A program made the translations under genes and the position numbers. A stretch of 64,000 nt of DNA from the NCBI GenBank assembly GCA_903902855.1, contig CAIUWK010000068.1:3363-67362 (forward strand), given 5' to 3'. The notes below the pieces were generated by a model. The model had not been told where the DNA came from, searched no databases, and was given only the letters and a program-made list of their open reading frames with translations. Positions 52,122 through 60,358 of this stretch are shown piece after piece (position 1 is the first letter of the stretch; each line of letters starts with the position of its first letter). This DNA is from an uncultured Geobacter sp. (GTDB lineage Bacteria > Desulfobacterota > Desulfuromonadia > Geobacterales > CAIOGM01).

Positions 52122-52330
52122 TTCAGCTCAATGCAGATGCGCGACTATCGTAACCGCTCTTGTCCTCCCCCCTTCGGCTCCCTTCGACTTCGCTCAGGGC
52201 AGGTCGCTCAGGGCAGGCTTAGCCCAAGGGGAGGGAGTTTATACGAATTCCGTTGGTAGAACGTTCCCCCTCTTGAGACAAGAGGGGGACAGGGGGAGTT
52301 ATGATGACAAGGTTGCAGGTTAGCTGAAGT
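52122..52330 (+). repeat. structured intergenic repeat, copy A (with a ~50-nt internal insert)
   Basis: Aligns with 57866-58027: shared ttcagctcaatgcagatg...cccaaggggaggga...ccccctcttgagacaagaggggg...gggggagttatgatgac. Mini-ORF at 52301-52327. Confidence 0.85.
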
Positions 52331-52347
52331 AACACAGATACAAACGC

Positions 52348-52396
52348 TTCAACAGTTCAACGTTTCAACAGTTCAACGATTCAACGTTTCAACAGC
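52348..52396. repeat. 8-nt array TTCAACNN x6
   Basis: ttcaacag ttcaacgt ttcaacag ttcaacga ttcaacgt ttcaacag. Overlaps the EamA stop. Confidence 0.9.
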
Positions 52397-53277
52397 CTCC
52401 CCGGCAGCGAAACCAGGAGCACGCCACCCAGCACCAGGCTTCCTCCCACAAAGAACGAGAGACGTAACTGCTCCCCCAGGACGAGCCACCCCAGCAGGGA
52501 ACCGACCAGCGGCTGCAGAAAAAAGAAGACAGATCCGACCCCGGCCTCCACCAGCTGCATCCCCTTGTTCCAGAGGAAGAAGGCCCCGGCGGTGGAGATG
52601 ACCCCGATATAAAAGAGCGCCAGCCAGACCTCCGGCCGCTCCAGACCGCTCACCGGAAGATACTGCAGTTCGATGAGCATGGCCGGGGTGGTGAAGAGCC
52701 ACCCCCAGAAGATGGCGTAGGTGGTTATGACCAGCGGCGGATAGGTGGCGGCGGCCTTGCGAGCCAGAACGGAGAGGAGCGCCCAGGTGACTGCGGCCCC
52801 CACCAGGAAGAGATTGCCGGTCATGACCTCCCCTCCCCTGCTCCCCCCCTGGTCCCACCCCACGATGATCAGTACCCCCAGGGTGGCCAGGATAATGGAA
52901 AGGAGCTTGCGCGTGGTGATCCGCTCACCCAGCATGCTCCTGGCAAAGATGACGATAAAGGCCGGACTGGCGGCGGTGAGCACCGATCCCATATGAGCCG
53001 ATGAGAGCTTGGTGCCGATGAACTGACAGCCGATGGAGAGGAAGTACCCCACCACCCCGATGGTCATGAAGGTTTTCCAGTCACGGGAAAAGGGCTGTCT
53101 GAGACCGGTCCGGAGCAGCAGGAGCCAGAGGACGCTGAAGGCGATGAGGTAACGGAGCCAGACCAGGGTGAAGGGAGGGATGTAGTCAAGGAGAACCTTG
53201 CTGACCACGTAGAGCCCCCCCCAGATGGCGGCGGCTCCACTGAGGGCAAGGCAACCCGCCCAGTGCCGATTTTTCAT
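52381..53277 (-). CDS. EamA/DMT-family transporter
   Basis: ATG at 53277 (GAGGAG SD 10 nt upstream) gives a 298-aa polytopic protein. Confidence 0.75.
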   Translation of the reverse strand: MKNRHWAGCLALSGAAAIWGGLYVVSKVLLDYIPPFTLVWLRYLIAFSVLWLLLLRTGLRQPFSRDWKTFMTIGVVGYFLSIGCQFIGTKLSSAHMGSVLTAASPAFIVIFARSMLGERITTRKLLSIILATLGVLIIVGWDQGGSRGGEVMTGNLFLVGAAVTWALLSVLARKAAATYPPLVITTYAIFWGWLFTTPAMLIELQYLPVSGLERPEVWLALFYIGVISTAGAFFLWNKGMQLVEAGVGSVFFFLQPLVGSLLGWLVLGEQLRLSFFVGGSLVLGGVLLVSLPGRLLKR

Positions 53278-53437
53278 AATGCGCATGCTCCTCGGAAAAA
53301 TGAACTGCGCGCACTGTAGACGCCCCCCCCCGGTTTCACAAGTTGTAATTTTCTTAGACGAATCAGTTTGCACCCGATGTTTAAATCATGCTAAGTTCCC
53401 AGAACCTTACCGGTTACGTCACTCAAGAGGGGCCATC

Positions 53438-54313
53438 ATGCTCTTACAGCAGCTCATCAACGGCATCGCCCTTGGCTCCACCTACGCACTCATCGCCCTG
53501 GGCTACACCATGGTCTACGGGATCATCACCCTGATCAACTTCGCCCATGGCGAGATCTTCATGGCCGGGGCGTTCGTGGGGCTCCTGATGGTGGCCAAGT
53601 TCAAGATGAACTTCTTTCTGGCCATGCTCGTCGCCATGATCACCTGCATGGTGCTGGGGGTGGTGATCGAGCGGATCGCCTATCGCCCCTTGAGGAAATC
53701 GTCGCGACTGTCGGCGCTCATCTCGGCCATCGGCGTCTCCATCTTCCTCTCCTCCCTGGCCCAGATGATCTTCGGCGCCGACGCCAAGGGGTTCCCGGAA
53801 ACCGCCTTTCCCGTGCAGCAGATCCACATCGGTGAGGCCGACATCTCCACCTTGCAGCTCCTCATCATCGGTGTCTCCGCCTGCCTCATGCTCGCCCTGG
53901 AGTTCATCGTCAAGAAGACCAAGATCGGCAAGGCCATGCGGGCCACCTCCGAGGATTACAACACCGCGGCCCTGATGGGGATCAACGTCAACATGATCAT
54001 CTCCTTCACCTTCGCCCTGGGGTCGGCCCTGGCCGCCGCAGGGGGGGTACTGGTGGGGCTCCTCTTCAACGCGGTCTCCTTCAACATGGGGCTCATGGCC
54101 GGTCTGAAAGCCTTTGCCGCCGCCGTGCTGGGGGGGATCGGCTCCATACCGGGGGCCATGCTGGGGGGGCTGCTCCTGGGAGTTACCGAGGTCTTCGGCG
54201 TCGCCGCCGGATATTCCTCCTACCGCGACGCCATCGCCTTTGCCATCCTGGTCTTTGTGCTGATGGTAAAACCCACCGGTCTTCTGGGAAAGAAGATTCA
54301 GAAGAAAGTCTGA
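53438..54313 (+). CDS. livH: branched-chain amino-acid ABC permease
   Basis: ATG at 53438 (AAGAGGGG SD). MLLQQLINGIALGSTYALIALGYTMVYG is the canonical LivH N-terminus. Confidence 0.85.
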   Translation: MLLQQLINGIALGSTYALIALGYTMVYGIITLINFAHGEIFMAGAFVGLLMVAKFKMNFFLAMLVAMITCMVLGVVIERIAYRPLRKSSRLSALISAIGVSIFLSSLAQMIFGADAKGFPETAFPVQQIHIGEADISTLQLLIIGVSACLMLALEFIVKKTKIGKAMRATSEDYNTAALMGINVNMIISFTFALGSALAAAGGVLVGLLFNAVSFNMGLMAGLKAFAAAVLGGIGSIPGAMLGGLLLGVTEVFGVAAGYSSYRDAIAFAILVFVLMVKPTGLLGKKIQKKV

Positions 54314-54327
54314 AGGGAACGTGCCTT

Positions 54328-55254
54328 ATGGGTGACACATTGCAATCTCTGCTGGGGCATATCAACCCCTATCTGCTGCAGATCATCGTGAACATCGGCA
54401 TCGGCATCGTTTTGGCCCTGGGTCTGAACGTGATCACCGGCCTCACCGGTCAGCTCTCCCTGGGGCATGCCGCCTTCATGAGCATTGGCGCCTTTACCAG
54501 CGCCCTGCTCACCATCAAGCTGGGGCTCCCCTTCAGCGTCAATCTCCTCATTACCGGCGTGGTCTCCGCCGGGGTGGGGGCGCTCATCGGCTACCCGATC
54601 CTCCGCCTCACCGGGGATTATCTGGCCATCTGCACCCTGGGTTTCGCCGAGATCGTCAAGGTCATCTTTCTCAACCTGGAGATCACCAACAAGGCCTTCG
54701 GGCTGTCGGTCCCCCCTCCCAAAAGCAGCATCCCCCTCCCCATCATGGTCTGGGTGGTGGTTATTCTCGCCGTGGTTGTCGTCTCCTTCATCCACAACTC
54801 ACGCTTCGGCCGGGCACTCAAGGCGATCCGCGGCGACGAGATCGCCGCCGAGGCCATGGGAATCAACGTGGCCCGCTACAAGGTCCAATCCTTCGCCATC
54901 GGCACTTTTCTGGCCGGGGTGGGTGGCGGACTCTATGCCCATTTCATCAGCTTCATCAACCCTTCCGATTTCGGCTTTCTCAAATCCATCGACATCCTCA
55001 GCATGATCGTCCTGGGGGGGTTGGGGAGCATCCCGGGGAGCATCATCGGCGCGGCGGTCCTGTCGGCGGCGCCGGAGTTCCTCCGGTTCATGGCCAACTA
55101 CCGGATGCTGGTCTACGGCGGCTTGCTGGTCTTCATGATGATTTTCCGCCCCAACGGCCTCATGGGGGGGATCAACTTCACGGAAGTTTTCCTCAAGGCC
55201 CTGGGACGCAAGCCCCACATGAAGGAGCTCAAGGGAAAAGAGGAACTCCCCTGA
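54328..55254 (+). CDS. livM: branched-chain amino-acid ABC permease
   Basis: 308 aa. GQLSLGHAAFMSIGAF is a LivM motif. Confidence 0.85.
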   Translation: MGDTLQSLLGHINPYLLQIIVNIGIGIVLALGLNVITGLTGQLSLGHAAFMSIGAFTSALLTIKLGLPFSVNLLITGVVSAGVGALIGYPILRLTGDYLAICTLGFAEIVKVIFLNLEITNKAFGLSVPPPKSSIPLPIMVWVVVILAVVVVSFIHNSRFGRALKAIRGDEIAAEAMGINVARYKVQSFAIGTFLAGVGGGLYAHFISFINPSDFGFLKSIDILSMIVLGGLGSIPGSIIGAAVLSAAPEFLRFMANYRMLVYGGLLVFMMIFRPNGLMGGINFTEVFLKALGRKPHMKELKGKEELP

Positions 55255-55312
55255 CCTTGCCCCACCGCGCGAACTCTCTTTTTATATCTGCACTTTCAGC
55301 GAGAATAGAGCC

Positions 55313-56077
55313 ATGTCCCTGCTAAAACTTGAGAATGTGACGATCCGGTTCGGCGGCCTGGTGGCGGTGAACAACGTCAACCTGAGCGTGGAAAAGGGGA
55401 GCATCCATGCCCTGATCGGCCCCAACGGCGCCGGCAAGAGCACGATCTTCAATCTGATCACCGGCATCTACACCCCCACCGCCGGCAAGATCTCCTTCCT
55501 TGACCGCCCCATCCAGGGGATGCCGACCTACCAGATCGCCGGGAGAGGGATCGGCAGAACTTTTCAGAACATCCGGCTCTTCGCCGACCTCCCGGTGGTG
55601 GATAACGTCCTCATCGGCGCCCATACCCAGGGGAAATGGGATCTCGCCGGTTCCATCATGAAGTTCACCCCTTGGGTAAAACGGGAAGAGGGTGAGCTGC
55701 TGGATCTGGCCACCAGCTGCCTGCATATGGTGGATCTGGCCTATCGGGCCTTCGAGCTGGCGGGAAATCTCCCCTATGGCGAGCAGCGCCGTCTGGAGAT
55801 CGCCCGGGCCCTGGCGCTGAAACCGGAACTCCTTCTGCTGGATGAGCCTGCTGCCGGCATGAACCCCCAGGAGAAGGGGGCGCTCATGGAGATGGTCCAG
55901 CGGATTCGCGCCACCGGCATTACCGTTTTTCTGGTGGAGCATGACATGAAGTTCGTCATGGGGCTCTCCGACCGGATCGCCGTGCTGGACTACGGCGAGA
56001 AGATCGCCGAGGGGATTCCCCATGAGGTCCGGAATAATCCCAAGGTGATCGAGGCCTATCTGGGAAAAACCAAGTAG
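55313..56077 (+). CDS. livG: branched-chain amino-acid ABC ATP-binding protein
   Basis: GPNGAGKST, YGEQRRLEIARAL, LLLLDEPAAGM. Confidence 0.9.
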   Translation: MSLLKLENVTIRFGGLVAVNNVNLSVEKGSIHALIGPNGAGKSTIFNLITGIYTPTAGKISFLDRPIQGMPTYQIAGRGIGRTFQNIRLFADLPVVDNVLIGAHTQGKWDLAGSIMKFTPWVKREEGELLDLATSCLHMVDLAYRAFELAGNLPYGEQRRLEIARALALKPELLLLDEPAAGMNPQEKGALMEMVQRIRATGITVFLVEHDMKFVMGLSDRIAVLDYGEKIAEGIPHEVRNNPKVIEAYLGKTK

Positions 56078-56108
56078 CAAAGAGTTCGTGATTCGAGGTG
56101 TATCCCCC

Positions 56109-56813
56109 ATGCTTGTCGTCGCTAATCTGTTTGTAAACTACAATGTCATCAAGGCGTTGAAGGATATCTCCTGTCGGGTGGAGCAGGGGGAGATCGTGGC
56201 GCTCATCGGCGCCAACGGGGCGGGGAAGACCACCATCCTCAATGCCATCTCGGGCATCGTCCCCTCGCTCTCCGGCAAGATCTCCTTCCTGGGCAAGGAA
56301 ATTACCGGCGTCGCTCCGCATCTCATCGTCAGACAGGGGATCTCCCAGGTTCCCGAGGGACGCCGCGTTTTCGCCAACATGTCCGTTCTGGAAAATCTGG
56401 AGATGGGGGCCTACATCCGGAGTGACGGCAGGGCGATCAAGGATGAGATCGAGCAGGTCTTTGAGCGTTTCCCCCGCCTGCGGGAGCGGATCAAGCAGCC
56501 GGCCAAGACCCTCTCCGGCGGCGAACAGCAGATGCTGGCCATGGGGCGGGCTCTCATGTCCCGTCCCAAACTCCTCCTCCTGGACGAACCTTCCATGGGG
56601 CTGGCCCCCATGCTGGTGGAACAGATCTTCTCCATCATCCAGGAGATCAACAAGAGCGGCACCACCATCATGCTGGTGGAGCAGAACGCCAACATGGCCC
56701 TTTCCATCGCCCATCGCGCCTATGTGCTGGAAACCGGCGAGGTGGTCCTCTCCGGTGAGGCGAAGCAGCTGGCTGAAAATCCGGAAGTCCGGAAAGCTTA
56801 TCTGGGAGAATAA
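56109..56813 (+). CDS. livF: branched-chain amino-acid ABC ATP-binding protein
   Basis: GANGAGKTT, LSGGEQQMLAMGRAL, LLLLDEPSMGL. Confidence 0.9.
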   Translation: MLVVANLFVNYNVIKALKDISCRVEQGEIVALIGANGAGKTTILNAISGIVPSLSGKISFLGKEITGVAPHLIVRQGISQVPEGRRVFANMSVLENLEMGAYIRSDGRAIKDEIEQVFERFPRLRERIKQPAKTLSGGEQQMLAMGRALMSRPKLLLLDEPSMGLAPMLVEQIFSIIQEINKSGTTIMLVEQNANMALSIAHRAYVLETGEVVLSGEAKQLAENPEVRKAYLGE

Positions 56814-56827
56814 CTGCAGGAGAAGTC

Positions 56828-56880
56828 AACTTCACAACCTATGAACCGCAAAGACGCAAAGTACGCAAAGAAAAGCAAGG
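56828..56880. repeat. short-period array (TTCACAACC, then CGCAAAG x3)
   Basis: ttcacaacctatgaaccgcaaagacgcaaagtacgcaaagaaaagcaagg. Confidence 0.7.
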
Positions 56881-56889
56881 ATTAAGTCC

Positions 56890-57771
56890 GTGAACAACAG
56901 ACCATTTGTGAACCCCTACCTGGCGGTGCTGGTAGGGGTTTTTGCCGTTTCCTTCTCCGCCCTCTTCGTCCGGCTCTCATCGGCTCCGGCCATGATCATC
57001 GCCACCTACCGGCTCCTCTTCACTTTTCTCCTGCTGGCCCCCTTCACCCTGATCCGTCATGGGGGGGAGCTTCGCACGGTTTCTCCACGGCAGCGGGGGC
57101 TGGCCGCGGCCAGCGGGGGATGCCTGGCGCTCCACCTGGTAACCTGGTTCATCTCGCTCCGTTATACCAGCGTGGCCAGCTCGGTGGTGCTGGTCACCAC
57201 GCAACCGCTCTTTGTGGTCATCGGCTCCTGGCTCTTCTTCCGGGAGCGGGTCAGCCGCCTGGCCCTGATGGGGGGAGCCTTGGCGCTCTGCGGGAGCTTC
57301 ATCATCGGGGCCAGCGATTTTCAGCTGGATCTGCGCGCCTTCTGGGGAGACCTGCTGGCCCTGGCCGCGGCACTCTTCGTCTCCGGCTACCTCCTTCTGG
57401 GACGGCGTCTGCGAGGGGGGATGAGCCTCCCCTCCTACACCTTCTTCACCTACGGCAGCAGCGCCCTGCTCCTGATTCTGGCCAGCCTCGCCACCGGGGT
57501 CCCCTTCGCCCCCTATGCGCCCCGGGAATGGCTCCTCTTTCTGGCCCTGGCCGTGGTCTGTACCATCGTGGGGCATACCCTCTTCAACTGGGTGCTGGGG
57601 TATGTGCAGGCGTCGGTGGTATCGGTAAGTGTTTTGGGGGAACCGCTGGGCGCCATCGTCTGGGCCTCCATCTTTCTGAAAGAGTATCCCACCGGGCGGC
57701 AGATGCTGGGGGGCGGCTTCATCTTTGCCGGACTCTTCCTCTTTACCCGCGCTTCCATGCGAAAGGGATAA
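56890..57771 (+). CDS. EamA/DMT-family transporter
   Basis: GTG start. 293 aa with about 10 TM helices. Confidence 0.7.
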   Translation: MNNRPFVNPYLAVLVGVFAVSFSALFVRLSSAPAMIIATYRLLFTFLLLAPFTLIRHGGELRTVSPRQRGLAAASGGCLALHLVTWFISLRYTSVASSVVLVTTQPLFVVIGSWLFFRERVSRLALMGGALALCGSFIIGASDFQLDLRAFWGDLLALAAALFVSGYLLLGRRLRGGMSLPSYTFFTYGSSALLLILASLATGVPFAPYAPREWLLFLALAVVCTIVGHTLFNWVLGYVQASVVSVSVLGEPLGAIVWASIFLKEYPTGRQMLGGGFIFAGLFLFTRASMRKG

Positions 57772-57865
57772 ACCTGAAAAAAATCAGTTAACCGCCGATA
57801 GACGCCGAAAAGTCAAAGAGTTGAGACTTATTTGAATCAGCCTGAAATATATGAATACGGATAAC

Positions 57866-58027
57866 TTCAGCTCAATGCAGATGTGCAACTATCGTAACCC
57901 CTCCTGTCCTCCCCTTAACCCAAGGGGAGGGACGTTTATGCGAATTCCGTTGGCAGAACGTTCCCCCTCTTGAGACAAGAGGGGGACAGGGGGAGTTATG
58001 ATGACCGGGTCGCAGAAGAGCTGAATT
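57866..58027 (+). repeat. structured intergenic repeat, copy B
   Basis: Same orientation as copy A. Two stable hairpins (gtcctcccctt/aaggggagggac and ccccctcttg/caagaggggg), then a GGGGGAG SD and mini-ORF at 57998-58024. Confidence 0.85.
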
Positions 58028-58060
58028 GTTTCCAGATTTTGAATGCGGAAAGGATCTATC

Positions 58061-58549
58061 ATGTCGAAGAAGACGAGCGGGAGTGTGCAGCGGGTGCGGG
58101 ATGCCCTGACAACGGCAGGGCTGGACAACGAGGTGCAGGAGCTTGCGGTGAGCACCCGCAGCGCCCTTGAGGCGGCCGACGCCGTGGGGTGCCGGGTGGA
58201 GCAGATAGTAAAATCCCTGGCCATCAAGGGGGTCGGCAGCGGTGAGCTGTTCATGGTGCTGGTCAACGGCAGGAACCGGCTCTCCCTGGAACGGATGGCG
58301 GAACTGGTCGGGGAGGAGGTTGCCATGGCCGATGCGGCTTTGGTGCGGCAACGGACCGGCTTCGCCATCGGCGGGGTCCCCCCCCTGGGGCATCTGGAGC
58401 CGCTGAAAATTTTCATCGATGAAAAGCTCATGGCCCATAACGTCATATGGGCCGCGGCCGGCTCACCCAATGCCCTGTTTCATCTGGCCCCGGACGACCT
58501 GCTCCGGATCACCAACGGCATGGTGGCCTTCGTTGTCCAGGGTGAGTAA
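58061..58549 (+). CDS. YbaK/EbsC-family aminoacyl-tRNA deacylase domain protein
   Basis: 162 aa from the ATG at 58061. ...VKSLA.K......LVLV.G..R..L...A and GFAIGGVPP are YbaK-like. Confidence 0.7.
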   Translation: MSKKTSGSVQRVRDALTTAGLDNEVQELAVSTRSALEAADAVGCRVEQIVKSLAIKGVGSGELFMVLVNGRNRLSLERMAELVGEEVAMADAALVRQRTGFAIGGVPPLGHLEPLKIFIDEKLMAHNVIWAAAGSPNALFHLAPDDLLRITNGMVAFVVQGE

Positions 58550-59468
58550 CCTGCCCGAAGGGGAAAAACAGCACCCCGAAGCTGGAACCGGCCTCTGTTT
58601 CGGTATCATCGCCTATCTGGTCTGGGGTTTCTTCCCCGTCTATTTCAAGGCGATCGCCTCGGTGCCGCCGCTTCAGGTGGTCTCCCACCGGATCGTCTGG
58701 TCGGTGCTCTTCCTCTGCCTGCTCATCACCCTGCGCCGGAGCTGGAGCGATATCCGCGTCGTCATGGCAGACCGGAAATCGCTGCTCATCCTCATCGCCA
58801 CGGCACTCCTCATCGCCACCAACTGGCTGGTCTTCATCATCGCCGTGGAGCATGGGGAGGTGCTTCAGTCCAGCCTGGGGTATTTCATTACCCCCTTTGT
58901 CAGCGTCCTGTTGGGGTTCCTCTTTCTTAAGGAGCGTCTGCGACGGCTGCAACTGGCAGGACTCTTTTGTGCCGCTGCCGGGGTCATCATCCTCACCCTG
59001 CGCAACGGAAGTTTCCCCTGGACCGCCCTGATCCTCGCCCTGACCTTCGGCTCCTATGGACTTCTGCGCAAGGTGGTGGCTGCGGATTCCCTCAGCGGCC
59101 TCTTCGTGGAGACGCTTCTTTTGGCGCCGCTAGCCTTTGGCTATCTTCTCTTTGTGGGGATCAAGGGGGTAGGGGCTTTTCCCGCGGCAGGGATGCGTCT
59201 GGATCTCCTTCTGGCAGCGGCCGGATTCGTTACCGCCATACCGCTCCTTCTCTTCTCCGCCGCGGCCCGGCGGCTCCGGCTGGCCACCATCGGCTTTCTC
59301 CAGTACCTCACCCCCACCCTCCACTTCCTGCTGGCGGTGCTCCTCTATTGCGAGCCGTTCAACAGCACGCATCTGGCAGGTTTTCTGCTCATCTGGACGG
59401 GGCTGGTGGCCTATTCGTGGGATGCGTACCGGGCAGTGACCGGCGCCCGGCGGTACCAGATGGAATAA
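58542..59468 (+). CDS. rarD: RarD-like EamA-family transporter
   Basis: GTG at 58542 overlaps the YbaK stop. GIIAYLVWGFFPVYFK is the RarD N-terminal signature. Confidence 0.7.
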   Translation: MSNLPEGEKQHPEAGTGLCFGIIAYLVWGFFPVYFKAIASVPPLQVVSHRIVWSVLFLCLLITLRRSWSDIRVVMADRKSLLILIATALLIATNWLVFIIAVEHGEVLQSSLGYFITPFVSVLLGFLFLKERLRRLQLAGLFCAAAGVIILTLRNGSFPWTALILALTFGSYGLLRKVVAADSLSGLFVETLLLAPLAFGYLLFVGIKGVGAFPAAGMRLDLLLAAAGFVTAIPLLLFSAAARRLRLATIGFLQYLTPTLHFLLAVLLYCEPFNSTHLAGFLLIWTGLVAYSWDAYRAVTGARRYQME

Positions 59469-59477
59469 TCGTAAAAT

Positions 59478-60194
59478 TCAGGAGCTGCTTTTCTTCTCCA
59501 TGTAGGCGTTGAACCGCCCCACATGCCCCTGGGCCAGTTCCCGGGCGGAGACGCCGTCTCCGATGACAACGGCGCCGACAATATTCTTCAGATCGTCATA
59601 GTTCTCCTGCATGATCTCCTCCCCCTGGGGGAGAAATTTTTCATAATACGTATGAATATTGAGGTAGACGCTCTCCAGTACGGCAATGAAGAGCTGATTG
59701 GCGCTGATCCGCGCTAGGGCCAGATGCAGCTTCTCGTCGGTGCGAATAAAGGGGTCCCACCCCGCTATCCCCTCTTCCAGATGGAGCCGCGCCTCACCCA
59801 ACAACCCCTGCAGCAGCTCCCGATCCCGGTCACCGGCTCTCCGGGCCGCCAGGGCCGCCACCGCCCCCTCGATCCCCTCGCGAAAATCCGCCAGATCCCC
59901 CAGTGAAACGGTACGGTTGCGGAGCAGGAGCCCCAGGTTCTCACTGAGCTGCTCGCTGTTGGCCTCCCTGATGATGGAACCGCCGGCCACGCCGGTGCGG
60001 ATTTCAATCAACCCCTTCTGCTCCAGGACCCGTAACGCCTCACGCAGCGTTCCCCGGCTGATGCCGAACTGTTCCTTCAGCTCCCGCTCGGCGGGCAACT
60101 GACTCCCCGGCTTGAGGCTCCCCTCCATGATGGCTTCCTGGATCTGCTCCACCACGTCCTGATACACCTTGTTCTGTTTAACTTGTTTGAACAT
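59478..60194 (-). CDS. GntR-family (FadR subfamily) transcriptional regulator
   Basis: ATG at 60194. wHTH LPAERELKEQFGISRGTLREALRVLEQKGLI plus an all-helical FCD-like C-terminal domain. Confidence 0.8.
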   Translation of the reverse strand: MFKQVKQNKVYQDVVEQIQEAIMEGSLKPGSQLPAERELKEQFGISRGTLREALRVLEQKGLIEIRTGVAGGSIIREANSEQLSENLGLLLRNRTVSLGDLADFREGIEGAVAALAARRAGDRDRELLQGLLGEARLHLEEGIAGWDPFIRTDEKLHLALARISANQLFIAVLESVYLNIHTYYEKFLPQGEEIMQENYDDLKNIVGAVVIGDGVSARELAQGHVGRFNAYMEKKSSS

Positions 60195-60307
60195 CTGTCG
60201 TCCTTTCCAATGGTTGGGCGAATATACCATCTCGCTTCTCCGGTGACAAGGTTGCAGGAAACTTCCGGCTCAAGAATATCTTGACACTCCTGAAAAACTA
60301 TACTACC

Positions 60308-60322
60308 AATGGTTTAACCATT
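60308..60322. promoter_or_regulatory. FadR-type operator palindrome AATGGT-TTA-ACCATT between the GntR gene and putA
   Basis: Perfect 6-3-6 inverted repeat. Fits the GntR/FadR tGGT-N-ACCa operator pattern. Confidence 0.6.
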
Positions 60323-60358
60323 CACAAAAACCCGTAGACCATTCAACAAGGAGACGCC

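Noticed and set aside
56913-56938. CCCCTAC...GTAGGGG pair inside the EamA gene, as a possible host REP copy
   Set aside because: The orientation is inverted relative to the REP elements (head motifs face outward) and there is no GC-rich palindromic core. It simply encodes NPYLAVLVGVF.
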